The position numbers were made by a program, and so were the translations under genes. The notes beneath the pieces are model-generated. The model did not search any database. It was not told where the DNA came from and saw only the letters and a list, made by a program, of their open reading frames with translations. Shown one piece after another: positions 26,723-38,156 of a stretch of 64,000 nt of DNA. Position 1 is the first letter of the stretch, and each line of letters opens with the position of its first letter. Origin of the DNA: Mobula hypostoma (lineage: Eukaryota); contig NC_086097.1 in NCBI RefSeq assembly GCF_963921235.1, positions 51,090,001-51,154,000 on the forward strand, read 5' to 3'.

Positions 26723-27044
26723 TAATAGTGGATCCCGAAGATTGTATCTAATGGACACAGTACACCAGGCATTGACTTGAGACACACTGTACATCCGAGA
26801 CTTATTATGGAAAGATACTGTGTACTCTTACTAATTGTCATTGAGAAAGGATGCAGTGTCCAATAGTAACACTTACTGTGAATATTTATCAGACATAGCC
26901 AGTACATCTTCACTGCAGATGTCCCAATGAGACTCCATTTTACACCACAGATTACTGTACATACTGTGACAGACTGCAAGTATAAGGAATTGGGGGTTGT
27001 TGCCTAGAAATGTTCAGTAAATAATCCTGCAGCTGTTACAATTA

Positions 27045-27480
27045 GGCAAGCTTGAACAAGAAACAGCACCTCACCTTCTGTCTGAGCACACTGCAGCCTT
27101 CTAGATTCAATAGTGAATTCTGCAACTTCAAGTAACTTCACTTCTCTCCAGTCATTAACTAGCTCAGTCTGTTTGATCTTCTTCCTCTTTTTTCCCCTTT
27201 CGCTTGTTTTGGAGACGTGACCTGCAGGGCTTGTCTTTGTGCTCTTCATTTCATAACTCCAACGTTGTTTTGTCTATATTCTCACTCTCTGACTGCTCCC
27301 ATTGACCTTGTTTACAGATTACCATGGTTACCCCAGTTTTACCCCAACAGACAACCCTTTCCCTCACCCTTTTAACAAGCTGTATTTGTCTCCTTCCCAG
27401 ATTTTCAACCTCATCCTTGACTCTTTCCATGAATGCAGCCTGATCTGTTCATTATTTCCAACAATTTCTGATTTTATCAC
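27045..27480 (+). mobile_element. Old Penelope-like element 3' part (end of the RT/GIY-YIG ORF and 3' region)
   Basis: About 27058-27135 translates KKQHLTFCLSTLQPSRFNSEFCNFK*, a decayed form of the PLE C-terminus (EEQHLIFRLGTLQP.G.N.EF). A degenerate family tail lies at about 27420-27470. Confidence 0.6.
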
Positions 27481-28074
27481 TCTCATCTAATTGGGTTCCT
27501 GCACAATATAGTGAATGAAACAGAGACAGAAGCAACTAGACGTTTGCAGTAAAATGGCTGCTGTGAGAGAACTCACCAACTCTGTGCTTGTCGAACCACT
27601 TGACTGCATAATATCAGTGAAGGACATCTTCCCCTAAACCACAGTTTGCAGGTTAGTCACACTATACACTTTGACAGAGTTGGAAACAGAAACTGCATTG
27701 AAATAACTCATATATGCACTCAACAGAACATACAAGTTCAAGGTACATGTGAGGAGGAAGGACTTGTGTGTCAGGGCTGAGGACATATGCCAGAGCAACC
27801 AGCAGAAGAGCATGGTAGGTGGTGGTTACGATTGTTTCCTATTGCACTGAGACCCCACCATCCACCCCCATAATAAAGAAAGGGCATGATCTCACAAGGT
27901 ATGGCAAAGTGACTTGCATATCATCATTCATATCTGAAGAGTAGAATTCCCCCCCACAACAATGGTGCTCTGTGTAGACCTTGAGTATTTTAATTGAGGT
28001 ACCACATCTAGAGTTACGGAGACATTGGAGCAAGTCATTTAATTGGGGCAGAGATTCAATTATTCACATGTTAA

Positions 28075-28560
28075 ATTTAATGCGTGACATATGTGCGGAT
28101 TTTATGCATAAGCTGTCTCTCCTGCATGGTTAAAAGACCATAAGACATAGGAGTAGAATTAGGCCATTCAACCCATTGGGTCTGCTTCACCATTCTCCTG
28201 CCTTTACCCTGTAACCCTTGACTAATCAAGAACCTGTCAACCTCTGCTTTAAATATCCCCAAAGGCTTGGCCTCCAGAGCCATTTGTGGCAATGAATTGC
28301 ACAGATTCATCACCCTCTGGCTAAAGAAATTGCTCCTCATCTTTGTTCTAAAGCAAGGTTTCCCAGCCTGGAGTCCACAGAACCCTTGCTTAATGGTACT
28401 GGTCCATGGCATAAAAAGGTTGGGAACCCCAGTTCTAAAGGGACATCCTTCTATTCTGAGGATGTGCCCTCTGGTCATAGACTCACACACTACAGGAAAC
28501 ATCCTTTCCACATCCACTCTATCTGGCCTTTCAATATGCAATAGGTTTCAGTGAGATCCC
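28075..28560 (-). mobile_element. CR1 LINE 3' end carrying a nested MITE
   Basis: ORF 28077..28541(-) has RVDVERMFP...TRGH...FFSQRVMNL. Confidence 0.88.
28354..28432. mobile_element. 79-bp hAT-type MITE
   Basis: TIRs caaggtttcccagcc and ggttgggaaccccag. 8-bp TSD ttctaaag at 28346-28353 and 28433-28440. Confidence 0.85.
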
Positions 28561-30821
28561 TTTCATCATTCCCAGTCCTCATACTTTGTTATCCATTGCC
28601 TTGTCCCAATGAGGTAGTTCATGATTTAGGTTTTATTTCATCTGCTGACCCTCTACTTTCTAATGTTTTAAACTACTAGAAATGACTTTATTACAGGAAT
28701 ACTGGATTAGAAAGAGTGACAAAATGAGATGACGTGTGCCAGTGTTGGAGAGATGAATGTTAGAAATTGAGAGAAGAATGGGAACCACAGTGATGGCTGC
28801 ATTGCATATCAAAGGCTTGTGGGACAATATTGTCTACTGCTACTAATTGTCAATGTGAAACCATACTGTGTTTTTAAGTAATTCTCACTGGAATGGATAC
28901 CTTGATCATAGATTGCCAGTATTTTGGGATAATCTGCACCATGGATCATCCAAGTGAGATTTCAATTATACCACAATGTGGTCTCTGTGAGGAGATCATG
29001 TTGGCCATCTTCACTTTTTTAAGGATTTCTTTGGTAAACTTCCATTCTGCATTTTGTATAGACTGACCATGAGGTAATTAAGGATGTCTATTCAAACTTT
29101 TTATTGTATCGTGGTTGCATTTTCTTATCAGGACACTTAATGGCTTTGGTTCTGCCTTTGATTGTATATTTTTCTGTGCACTTTCAGTGTTTACTGTAGC
29201 TGTGATTGGGAGTCACATTCCAGCTCATTGTAAAGAGTATGCTTACGCAGCCAATTTCAAAATTTTTATGACCCAAGTCAAATAGATACGTGGCAAGAAA
29301 TATGTCTACCTAATTGATTTTGTTTTAGTTTGGTAGAGTAATATTGGTTGCTCTGTCCAGTTAGTCATGATTGTTGACACTCCTAATTGTTAGTTCTCAT
29401 GATATCAAGATACATTTTATTTGAGCTAGTACCTTCAGTACTTTACCGGGATTTGTTATAAGGCTAACTTGTCCTATCAAAGGCAGTGTTGATTTCTACC
29501 TGTTACAGAATAATCTGCTTCTTTATCTGCATCCATCTCTCCAGACTAACTGCGTATCTTTCTGTTGATCATGAAATCCTGCTGCTTTCCCTCGGCTTAT
29601 AAGTACTGCACAAACATACTGTTCCAAACCCGGCACAAACTCATGATGTTATTCAGATTCCTTCTCTGTTTATTCCTCCTGGACAAATGCCCTTGCATTG
29701 GAGAGCTGCTTGTCTCTGCTGTTGCTGTGTGCACTTAACACTATGCCTCCTTAATGGAACAAAGCTGCAGCATGTGGCCACCATTGCAATTTAGCAACAG
29801 TTAGCACCATCGCAACACCATCGTGGTGAAGACTTCAGAAATGGAGTAGTTGCTGTTGCCTTCTGACTAACGTCTCTTCCTAAAATCTTGTGTGACCTTT
29901 CTGTCAAGGTTACAAGTTTGCATGTCAGGTCAAATGTGAGATATTGTTTTGATAACTGAATGTTCTCGTCAATAAAGCTACACATAAATGATCCTGTAGG
30001 GCAAGATTTTAAAAATTCTTCAGATATTTTTGCATTTTAATTCCACATGTTGCTTCAAATTGCCGTGAGCTGAAATAATTTTCTGAGCTTCTGTGGCCAG
30101 TTTAACTGGTGGGTCTTCATCAGTATCAAAGACTTCCTAAACTTTCTTATGGCAGTGTTTGTAATTGTGTATTTTTAATGTGATCCAGTAGCATCAGGAT
30201 ACTTTGTGTCCACTATCTTTATATGTGTGGAGTCATATGTCTGTTATATGCTGCAGTACAATAGGTCATGCAAATCCTTCTCACAGTCAGGCTGCATTGG
30301 AGCCACTATTTTAACATGTTGCACTCACAATAATGACACTACGGCCCTTGGATTTCTCTGCCCTGCACTTGGTTCTGCTTTTACATTCTCCTGTGCGTTT
30401 ACTGGTCCCTGGAGTTTCTCTGTCTCTCACAGTATGACACACTTCTTGATACCAGTCCACACATGCCAGAAACAGGTTTGCTGACATGTTACATAATAAA
30501 GAATATCAAGCTCCCCAGTCTTTTTCTTCTCTACAACTACCATAGCTTCCGTGTCAATCACGGATCCTTTGCCAGTTCCTTGAAGCGTGTTTCCATAGTG
30601 TGGCATTGTTTTCTCCTGGTCCTGATGCACCTTGGTCATTTTGATCATCCTCCTTATCATCTGTGGTGTTTTCAGAGGTGGCCGGAGAACCTGGTGAGTA
30701 CTGCGATGAATAACCTCTGAGAGGCAGCAGGAGCTTCGGTTCATGTGCTTACATCACTTGTACAAGGACATCACATGTTTACCTATTCATGTTCGTGTGC
30801 TCTCCGCTTCCCCAATCTGAC

Positions 30822-31502
30822 GCTCAAAGCAGCTGTGCAGGTTGACTCTGTGGTTAAGAAGGCGTACGGTGTATTGGCCTTCATCAATCGTGGAATTGAA
30901 TTTAGGAGCGGAGAGGTAATGTTGCAGCTATATAGGACCCTGGTCAGACCCCACTTGCAGTACTGTGCTCAGTTCTGGTCGCCTCACTACAGGAAGGATG
31001 TGGACGCCATAGAAAGGGTGCAGAGGAGATTTACAAGGATGTTACCTGGATTGGGGAGCATGCCTTATTAGAACAGGTTGAGTGAACTCGGCCTTTTGTC
31101 CTTGGAGCGACAGAGGATGAGAGGTGTATAAGATGATGAGAGGCATTGATTGTGTGGGTAGTTAGAGGCTTCTTCCCAGGGCTGAAATGGTTGCCACAAG
31201 AGGACACAGGTTTAAGGTGCTGGGGAGTAGGTACAGAGGAGATCTCAGTAGTAAGTATTTTACGCAGAGACTGGTGAGTGCGTGGAATGGGCTGCCAGCA
31301 ATGGTGGTGGCGGCGGATATGATAGGGTCTTCTAAGAGGCTTTTGGATAGGTAAGGGTCTTTTAAAAGACTTTTGGATAGGTACATGGAGCTTAGAAAAA
31401 TAGAGGGCTATGGGTAAGCCTAGTAATTTCTAAGGTAGGGACATGTTCAGCACAACTTTGTGGACCAAAGGGCCTGTATTGTGCTGTTTCTTTATTTCTA
31501 TG
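30822..31502 (+). mobile_element. CR1 LINE 3' part (second subfamily)
   Basis: QVDSVVKKAYGVLAFINRGIEFRS...LVRPHLQYCAQFWSP, with an internal ~30-bp tandem duplication at about 31324-31383. Confidence 0.88.
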
Positions 31503-31903
31503 AAATCTGTTCTGCTCCCACCATCACCACAGGTAGTGTATTCCAGATCAGAACTCCCTAGCCATCCAACTCTTTCAGCCTAACCTTATGGCTAAAATAA
31601 GAAAGATTCATTTATGTTTTAATTATTTATGTATCTAGTCCCAACTTTTCTGCCGCGGTATTTCAGATGTAATGATCCATAGACCAGCAATAACTTAAAG
31701 GACAACAGCTACGTGTGGGGGTTTCAGGGCCACTCACTTCAGAATCTCATTAAACCCATTAACGTGTGTGTAAAGCCGTGCCTTACAATTGCACAGTTCA
31801 TTCTTAATGATAAATGATTTAAAAAATTATTGCATAATTATAAAGCAGAGCAATTAGTATTGTAATTTTCAGAGTTGTATTAATTCAATTTAAATTTATC
31901 CAG

Positions 31904-31954
31904 GTGTATAACTTGTCACAAAATATTCAAGAAGATGATCTGCAACATTTACAG
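31904..31954 (+). CDS. ATL1: Atlastin-1 exon 5: VYNLSQNIQEDDLQHLQ
   Basis: Boundaries are cag|GTG...CAG|gtaaat, 51 nt. The translation matches atlastin. Confidence 0.96.
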
Positions 31955-32052
31955 GTAAATAAACCACTGTTTTATATATACAACATGTAAAGCGGTATCA
32001 CCATCATGAGGGTGAATTATTTATCCTGCTCTCACTGTTTCGTCTTCTTCAG

Positions 32053-32109
32053 CTCTTTACTGAATATGGACGACTTGCTATGGAAGAAACGTTTCAAAAA
32101 CCTTTTCAG
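32053..32109 (+). CDS. ATL1: Atlastin-1 exon 6: LFTEYGRLAMEETFQKPFQ
   Basis: Boundaries are ttcttcag|CTC...CAG|gtcagc, 57 nt, after a 98-nt intron. Confidence 0.96.
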
Positions 32110-32640
32110 GTCAGCAATAAACTTTTTGCACTGCAAAGATACCAAAGAATAATTTATTAAATTAGGCATGAATGTTTATTGCTTTTTAAGTTTATTATTT
32201 TCCTACCTTAATCTTTTCTTTATTTCCTGCATCTTCATCTTTCTTTGACACTAGGCAACTGTCCTGGAAACCTGTTGTTCGGGAATTTGTTTTTCAATCA
32301 GATTTGATGAAGCCTCCACAATGTATGCTCTGCTGCATTTACTAAACCCTTGGCAAATGCGCGGTTCCTGCTGTGTGAAGCGTGGACCCTGTCCCTACCA
32401 TGATGAAAAAAAATACTTCACTCTGTACTGGTTACATATAATTTGATTCTAAAACTTTGAGAAAATGACTGTATCTGAAACAAAAAAGGAATTATGAATG
32501 CACCAGTTCATATGTGAAAGTCAAATGAAATCTTTGACAGAATTCCATTAAATAAAATGACAGTGTCTTAAGGAAAAGTCTATTCTCTCCCAATATGGCT
32601 CTCAGACTAAAGATATCCTCTTTTTTTTTTGAATGTACAG

Positions 32641-32733
32641 TCTCTCATATTTCTAGTTCGTGATTGGAGTTTTCCATATGAATTCAACTACGGTCGTAAT
32701 GGAGGAATCAAGTTCCTGGAGAAACGTCTGAAG
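32641..32733 (+). CDS. ATL1: Atlastin-1 exon 7: [31 protein letters not shown]
   Basis: Poly-T tract then cag|TCT...AAG|gtttgt, 93 nt. Contains the RD (G4) motif LVRDW. Confidence 0.96.
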
Positions 32734-34042
32734 GTTTGTGCAGGACAATCTAGTTGATTGTAAATAACTTAGAGCTGAGGGCAGCACTAGGGTTACACTG
32801 AATAAAAGTAGATGTGAGGTGAGGTTCATTTCATAGCTCGTCACACCAGATAGCCAGCCACTCCAGTGTTGCTTGGTTGATGTCGAGCAGGTCAGTGTCA
32901 CCTAAATCAGGTGAGAGTGGGCAGTTGCGCAGAACATGTTCAATGTTCTGCACCCTTTCACCACACTCACAGGATTCACTGGTCTTTAAACCCCACTTCA
33001 CCATATTATCTCCCGTCCTACAAACTCCCGCTCTTGCTCTGTTGAGAGTGCACCATTTTCGTCTGTCAAGCAGTGCCCCGTCTGGCAACATTTCTGTGGG
33101 GTCTTGCACTGTATTGTTTGGTGGGGTTCTGGCTTCTGTTTGTTGCCAGAGGTCAATCCTGTAGGGGGGATATTGCGTGTGGTAGTTCCTCGACTATAGC
33201 TTAGCTTTTCCTCGATTTTAGGTGGTTGGAAACTGGCATATGATGATGTAGTGGGTACCATGGATCCGAGTTCTGTTTACCTTTTTCAATTTTTGTTATA
33301 GTGTGTCTTCGAATCTCTGGGGGAGCAATGGTTGCAAGTCTGTAAATGATGTTAGTGGGTGTGGGGCGCAGTGTGCCCGTGATTATTCGGCAGGCTTTGT
33401 TAAGCAATGGGTCTGTTTTCTTCACATGGGCTGATCTGCCCCACACAGGTGCACAGTATTCTGCAGGTGCATAGCAGAGTGCTAGGGCAGTTGATCTAAG
33501 TGTGTGAGCATTAGCTCCCCATTTCGTGCCTGCTAATTTTTCAAGACAGAATTGAGAGAGCCAACTTTCCCTTGGAGTTTTTGGATGTGGGTGGCAAATG
33601 AGAGCGTCCTATCCAGTGTCACGCCCAGGTAAATTGGAGTCGGATGGTGTTGGAGCTCCTTCCCACACCAGAAGATCTTGAGTTTCCAAGCTGCTTCTCG
33701 ATTCCTCAGGTGGAATGGACATACTTGAGTTTTGGATGGATTTGGGTTCAGAGACCATTTTTCATTATACTGCTTCATTGCTTCGAGGATTGCTGTAAGT
33801 TGTACTTCAACTTCTTGGAAGGAGTTAGCTTGTGTTGCTATGCATAGGTCGTCTGCATAGATAAACCTGCGCGTGTTAGGAAAGGTTGGTTGGTCGTTTA
33901 CGTAAACAGTAAATAGTAGAGGTGCCAGGACTGATCCCTATGGTAGTCAACAGGAATTCTGCAGATGCTGGAAATTCAAGCAACATACATCAAAGTTGCT
34001 GGTGAACGCAGCAGGCCAAGCAGCATCTATAGGAAGAGGCGC

Positions 34043-34078
34043 AGTCGACGTTTCAGGCCGAGACCCTTCGTCAGGACT
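34043..34078 (-). ncRNA. Minimal type-I hammerhead ribozyme motif (mirror copy)
   Basis: Exact reverse complement of 34125-34160. Confidence 0.8.
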
Positions 34079-34124
34079 AACTGAAGGAAGAGTAAGGGAT
34101 TCCTTACTCACTCTTCCTTCAGTT

Positions 34125-34160
34125 AGTCCTGACGAAGGGTCTCGGCCTGAAACGTCGACT
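34125..34160 (+). ncRNA. Minimal type-I hammerhead ribozyme motif (predicted cleavage after C34156)
   Basis: AGUC (stem I), CUGACGA, AGG-gucucgg-CCU (stem II), GAAA, CG, UC^, GACU (stem I'). The core is complete, and the loopless palindromic stem III (ACGU) is typical of dimer-dependent PLE hammerheads. Confidence 0.8.
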
Positions 34161-35099
34161 GCGCCTCTTCCTATAGATGCTGCTTGGCCTGCTGCGTTCA
34201 CCAGCAACTTTGATGTATGTCCCTATGGTAGTCCATTCTTTTGTGGACACCACCTACTCTTAATTCCATTCATTTCTACATAAAATCTGCGATTTTCTAG
34301 GAGGCTTCTTATTACTTTGACTGTGGTTTTGTTCTTTAACATTTTAAATAATTTCAGTAGAAGGCCTCTGTGATTCACAGTGTCGTATGCTGCTGTTAAG
34401 TCAATGAATACTGCCTCCGTAATTTGTTCAATTTCAAAGCCATCCTCAATATACTGGGTTAAGTTCAGGACTTGATCGCAGCAAGAGCGGCCTGGCCTGA
34501 ACCCGGCATGGTCTGGTGTTAGAAGATCTTCGACTAAGGGGGATATTCTTTTCAGCATGAATCTCTCGTAGGGTTTACAGAGGGTGCAGAGCAAGGAAAT
34601 CGGTGTAATTTTTAGGAATGTTGGGGTCTTTATTGGGTTTTAGGAGAGCAACAACTTTGGCTCTTCTCCACTTTTTAGGTATTTTTAATGATCTTAGGGA
34701 ACAGTTAAAAAGGAACAGAAGCCCATGGAGCGCTTTAGGTCTAAGATGTTTAAGGAATTCATTAAGAATCCCATCTATGCCAGCAGCTTTGTTGGATTTT
34801 AGCTGTGATACTTCATCCTTCTAGGGTGAGAGGTGGGAAGTTGTTATTCCCGTTTGAGAGAGCTGACTCCATCTCCTGATGTTGCTTTTTCTTTTGCCTC
34901 CGTTCCTTGTTATTTGGTTGACCATGTGAGGTGTTATCACTAGAATGTTTATGACTTTAGAACTCAAGTGACCAGGCAGCCTTCTGTTGGAAACGTTCCT
35001 CCTTCCTCAGCACCTTGTTCTGTAGCTAAGAACATGGGCAGAAGGCTTGCTCATAGGATTCAGGTTAAGGTGTTGCACTTAAAACAGAAAGCAGTTCCT

Positions 35100-35270
35100 A
35101 GGAGATCAGCGGGGACCTACAAAATTGATCCAGTTTTCTGAACCACAGCCACGATGCCTAGACCAGGCCACCCCTCTAAACGTAGTCGCTGGAGAAGAAT
35201 GGCACTTGTAAGAGAGGCTACTGTGATGCCAACAGTCACTCTGAGTGGGCTGCAGAAGTCAGTGGTTCCT
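35100..35270 (+). mobile_element. Tc1 transposase fragment
   Basis: PRPGHPSKRSRWRRMALVREATVMPTVTLSGLQKSV, a GRPR-like linker followed by the second HTH of Tc1 transposases. Confidence 0.65.
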
Positions 35271-35858
35271 GATTATAAAAAAAGTGATAATAACATTTTC
35301 CCACAAGCGTGTTCACATTCCTACATAGTTAATTTCTAAGCTGGTAACCGATGAGATGTAACCCATTAGAAACCTGTGTGAGAAAGGAAGTAGGTGATTG
35401 AACAAGAACTCAGCCAGACTGTAGCAGCATTCACTGCCTGGATGTCAGACTTTACACCGTGAGCATTTGGAAGCTTGGCAGGCTGCAGTAGAGAGGCCGT
35501 TGCACTACCTGACTAAACAAATGTAAATATCATTATGTAAACCGGTGCAGCTGAGGACTGTGTAGTTTCAGAAAGATCAAAGAAAACCTAATGATGTTTA
35601 GCAGGAAAACAATGCACTATATTGTTCCCAATGTGAAGATGTAAGGAACCGCTCTGCAAAATCAGGGTGACTCACCAGTAATCGGAGAGTGAAGGTGCAT
35701 GAAGTTCTTTGCCTAGGCTGTATCCTGTCTGCGTGTTATTTGCTGGAAAGTAATGAAAGCACTCACTGGAAATGTGGTGAGGCCAAGACACATTCATAAG
35801 ACATTATGACATGAGGATAGCAGACACCACCATGAGTGGCAGGGACCTTCAGAATATC

Positions 35859-36191
35859 TCTCTCTTTCAATATTTTTATTAGTTTCTACATATAAGAATA
35901 CAGAGTACAAGAAGATACATATTATAAATCAAAAAAAAGATAAAATAATACCAAATACATTGTATTAGAATCACACTTGCAATCACGTTACCCTGTATTC
36001 ATGTAAATTAATTTAAATCGTAATATTGAAATGTAATAATTTTATTATACAGAAAAAAATCTAAACCCACTACCAAATCAAAGCTGTTTGGAAAAGAAAG
36101 AAAAAAAGGGAAAAAAATCCTTATCATAAAGTGAAATTTGTTATTAGCCACCATCTGCACTTTAACAGCAAGTCAAAGGTTTTGAAAATAA
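35859..36191 (-). mobile_element. Short 3'-end retroinsertion (L1/Tx1-like 3' UTR) with a 22-bp TSD, inside an old CR1 fragment
   Basis: tggcagggaccttcagaatatc occurs at 35837-35858 and 36192-36213. The minus strand ends aataaaaatattgaaagagagaga. Confidence 0.7.
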
Positions 36192-36593
36192 TGGCAGGGA
36201 CCTTCAGAATATCGAGGAACAGAAAGACCTCAGAGTACAAGTCCATAGATCCTTGAAGGTGGCAGCATATGGGACATTGGACTTCATCTCTGAATGCAGA
36301 CGTAGGGAGGTTATGCTTCACCTTTGTGAGACTTTGGTCAGAACTTGGGATAATTGAGCGACCTGCAGAGCGGAGAAGTAAAATGATTTACAGATCATTC
36401 CACGTCTTCAGTACGCCTGGGTGTGTACGTACGTGCCAGTGTTTCTCCTAATTAAATCTGCATCCCTTTGCTGCTTTCTTGTGTTAACATCAAGGTTCAT
36501 GCACTTAGAAATTGTGTTGAATTATTTATGGATTCAAGGTGCCAAATTATGTACCATAATTGACTTTTTCCCTCCTTTACAAACATATTCCAG

Positions 36594-36732
36594 ATTTCAG
36601 AAAATCAGCACGAGGAGCTACAAAATGTCAGGAAGCACATTTATTCCTGTTTTACAAACATCTCCTGCTTCCTAATGCCACACCCTGGCTTGAAAGTGGC
36701 GACCAATCCCAACTTTGATGGACGTATACAAG
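36594..36732 (+). CDS. ATL1: Atlastin-1 exon 8: [46 protein letters not shown]
   Basis: Boundaries are cag|ATT...CAA G|gtagtg, 139 nt, ending in phase 1. Contains the PHPG motif. Confidence 0.96.
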
Positions 36733-36916
36733 GTAGTGATTCAGCCTGCAGTGGGATACTATAGTGCTCACTTTCTCCAGGTGCTTCTCAGCAGATGATA
36801 TTTAAACGATATCTAAAATGTAAAGCTTTTTAATACCTTGCATTGCACATCTGTGGAAATGTAATTAGTAGAAACATAAAATGTATACTTTTAATCAAAT
36901 TCTTTATTTTGCTCAG

Positions 36917-37044
36917 AGATCGACGAAGAGTTTATAAAACATCTGAAAGTTCTCGTTTCCTGGCTTCTTTGTCCTGAGAACCTTGAGTTGAAAGAAATTA
37001 ACGGGAATAAAATTACTGGCCGAGGACTTGTGGAATATTTCAAG
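36917..37044 (+). CDS. ATL1: Atlastin-1 exon 9: (E)[42 protein letters not shown]
   Basis: Boundaries are gctcag|AG ATC...AAG|gtaaaa, 128 nt. The phase is compatible with exon 8. Confidence 0.95.
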
Positions 37045-38156
37045 GTAAAACGTCAAATGATGCTTTTGCTTTAAATTGGTAACATAATTTAAAAAGTTAA
37101 TTTTTATCTAAATGTTCTAATCTTGCATTCTTAATGCTCTTTTTGAGAACATTACATGATAAACGTTTTCTTGTTGTCTATGTAGTGTGGGCAGTGGGGA
37201 GTGGAGGGAAGGAAAGGGCCTTGTTTTGCTGGTATTGTTTTGTGGCTTGTTGTGTTTTGCCGAGCATTGTGGGTATACTGTGTTGGCACGGGAATGTGGG
37301 CTGTTCCCAGCACATCCTTGGGGGTGGTGGTTGTTAACACAAATGACACACTTCACTGTGTTTTCATGTACATGTGATAAATAAATCTGAATGTGTAGGA
37401 CATGTGCATAGGTGAAAATTAGGTAGAAGCATATAAAGGAATGATTAAAATTGTGTGTTGAATGCAGTTCTTGGTCTAGAAGTTTGGTAGATGAGGGCAA
37501 GTAATAACTGGAAGCTGGGAATGGGGGGAAACAGAGCAGCAATTTATTGGTGACTAGAATTGCTCTTCACAAGGGACTTCCTCAGGAGTAGAACACTTTA
37601 CTCAATCAGGGATCAACCTGAAACTAAAAGTGTAAAATATAGTAGGGAATGAGGGATTTGCTTCATTCAGTGAGTATTGTGGATGGAGGGAATGGATGAA
37701 ACAAGCAGACTATGACCACCTAAGCACTTTGAATAGGTTGTGAAAATTGATGGTGGAGACAATAAAATTACCGTAAGACCATAAGACATAGGAGCAGAAT
37801 TATGCCATTCAGCCCAACAGGTCTCTCCATTTGATCAGGGCTAATTTATTTTCCCTCTCAACCCCATTCTCCTGCTTTCTGCCTGTAAAATCTGACAGCC
37901 TTACTAATTAAAAAAAAATCAACCTCCGCTTTAAATCAAGTCAATTACTTAAACCCTTTTATCTCTTCCACCTATTGCCTCCCAGCTTCCACCCCCAGCA
38001 TATAGCTAATCTATATTATTTTAAGGCTGCATTACTTTTGAATACATATTAGGTGATTACCAGCAAAGTTGAATGGCTATTTGACAAAGTTCCAGAGCAG
38101 AGGCAAAAAAGATAATTTCCTGTAAGGGTTTTCCTGTTTGTTTCTAATACCTGCGG

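Larger units (their letters stand above)
33949..34220. mobile_element. 272-bp palindromic Penelope-like mini-element with two hammerhead motifs
   Basis: Perfect inverted arms 33983-34093 and 34110-34220 (111 bp each). TSD ccctatggtagtc at 33936-33948 and 34221-34233. It interrupts the LINE RT at its GLP-x-GS motif. Confidence 0.92.
32825..34925 (-). mobile_element. Vingi/Ingi-like (I-group) LINE, RT and C-terminal Cys/His region, degenerate
   Basis: AGFRPGRSCCDQVLNLTQYIEDGFE...FIDLTAAYDTVNH, GLP*GSVLAP, YADD, YLGVTLDRTL and the C-terminal KWG...CECG...IEHVLRNCP. The clade assignment is from memory of family motifs. Confidence 0.7.

Noticed and set aside
29750..30820. Repeat-poor, moderately GC-rich stretch with several 60-105 aa ORFs
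   Set aside because: No recognisable domain or convincing splice sites. It may be an old unclassified repeat, so no call can be supported.
33947..34283. Two near-identical ORFs on opposite strands (MLVNAAGQAASIGRG...)
   Set aside because: They are a by-product of the DNA palindrome, with no sign of a real protein.
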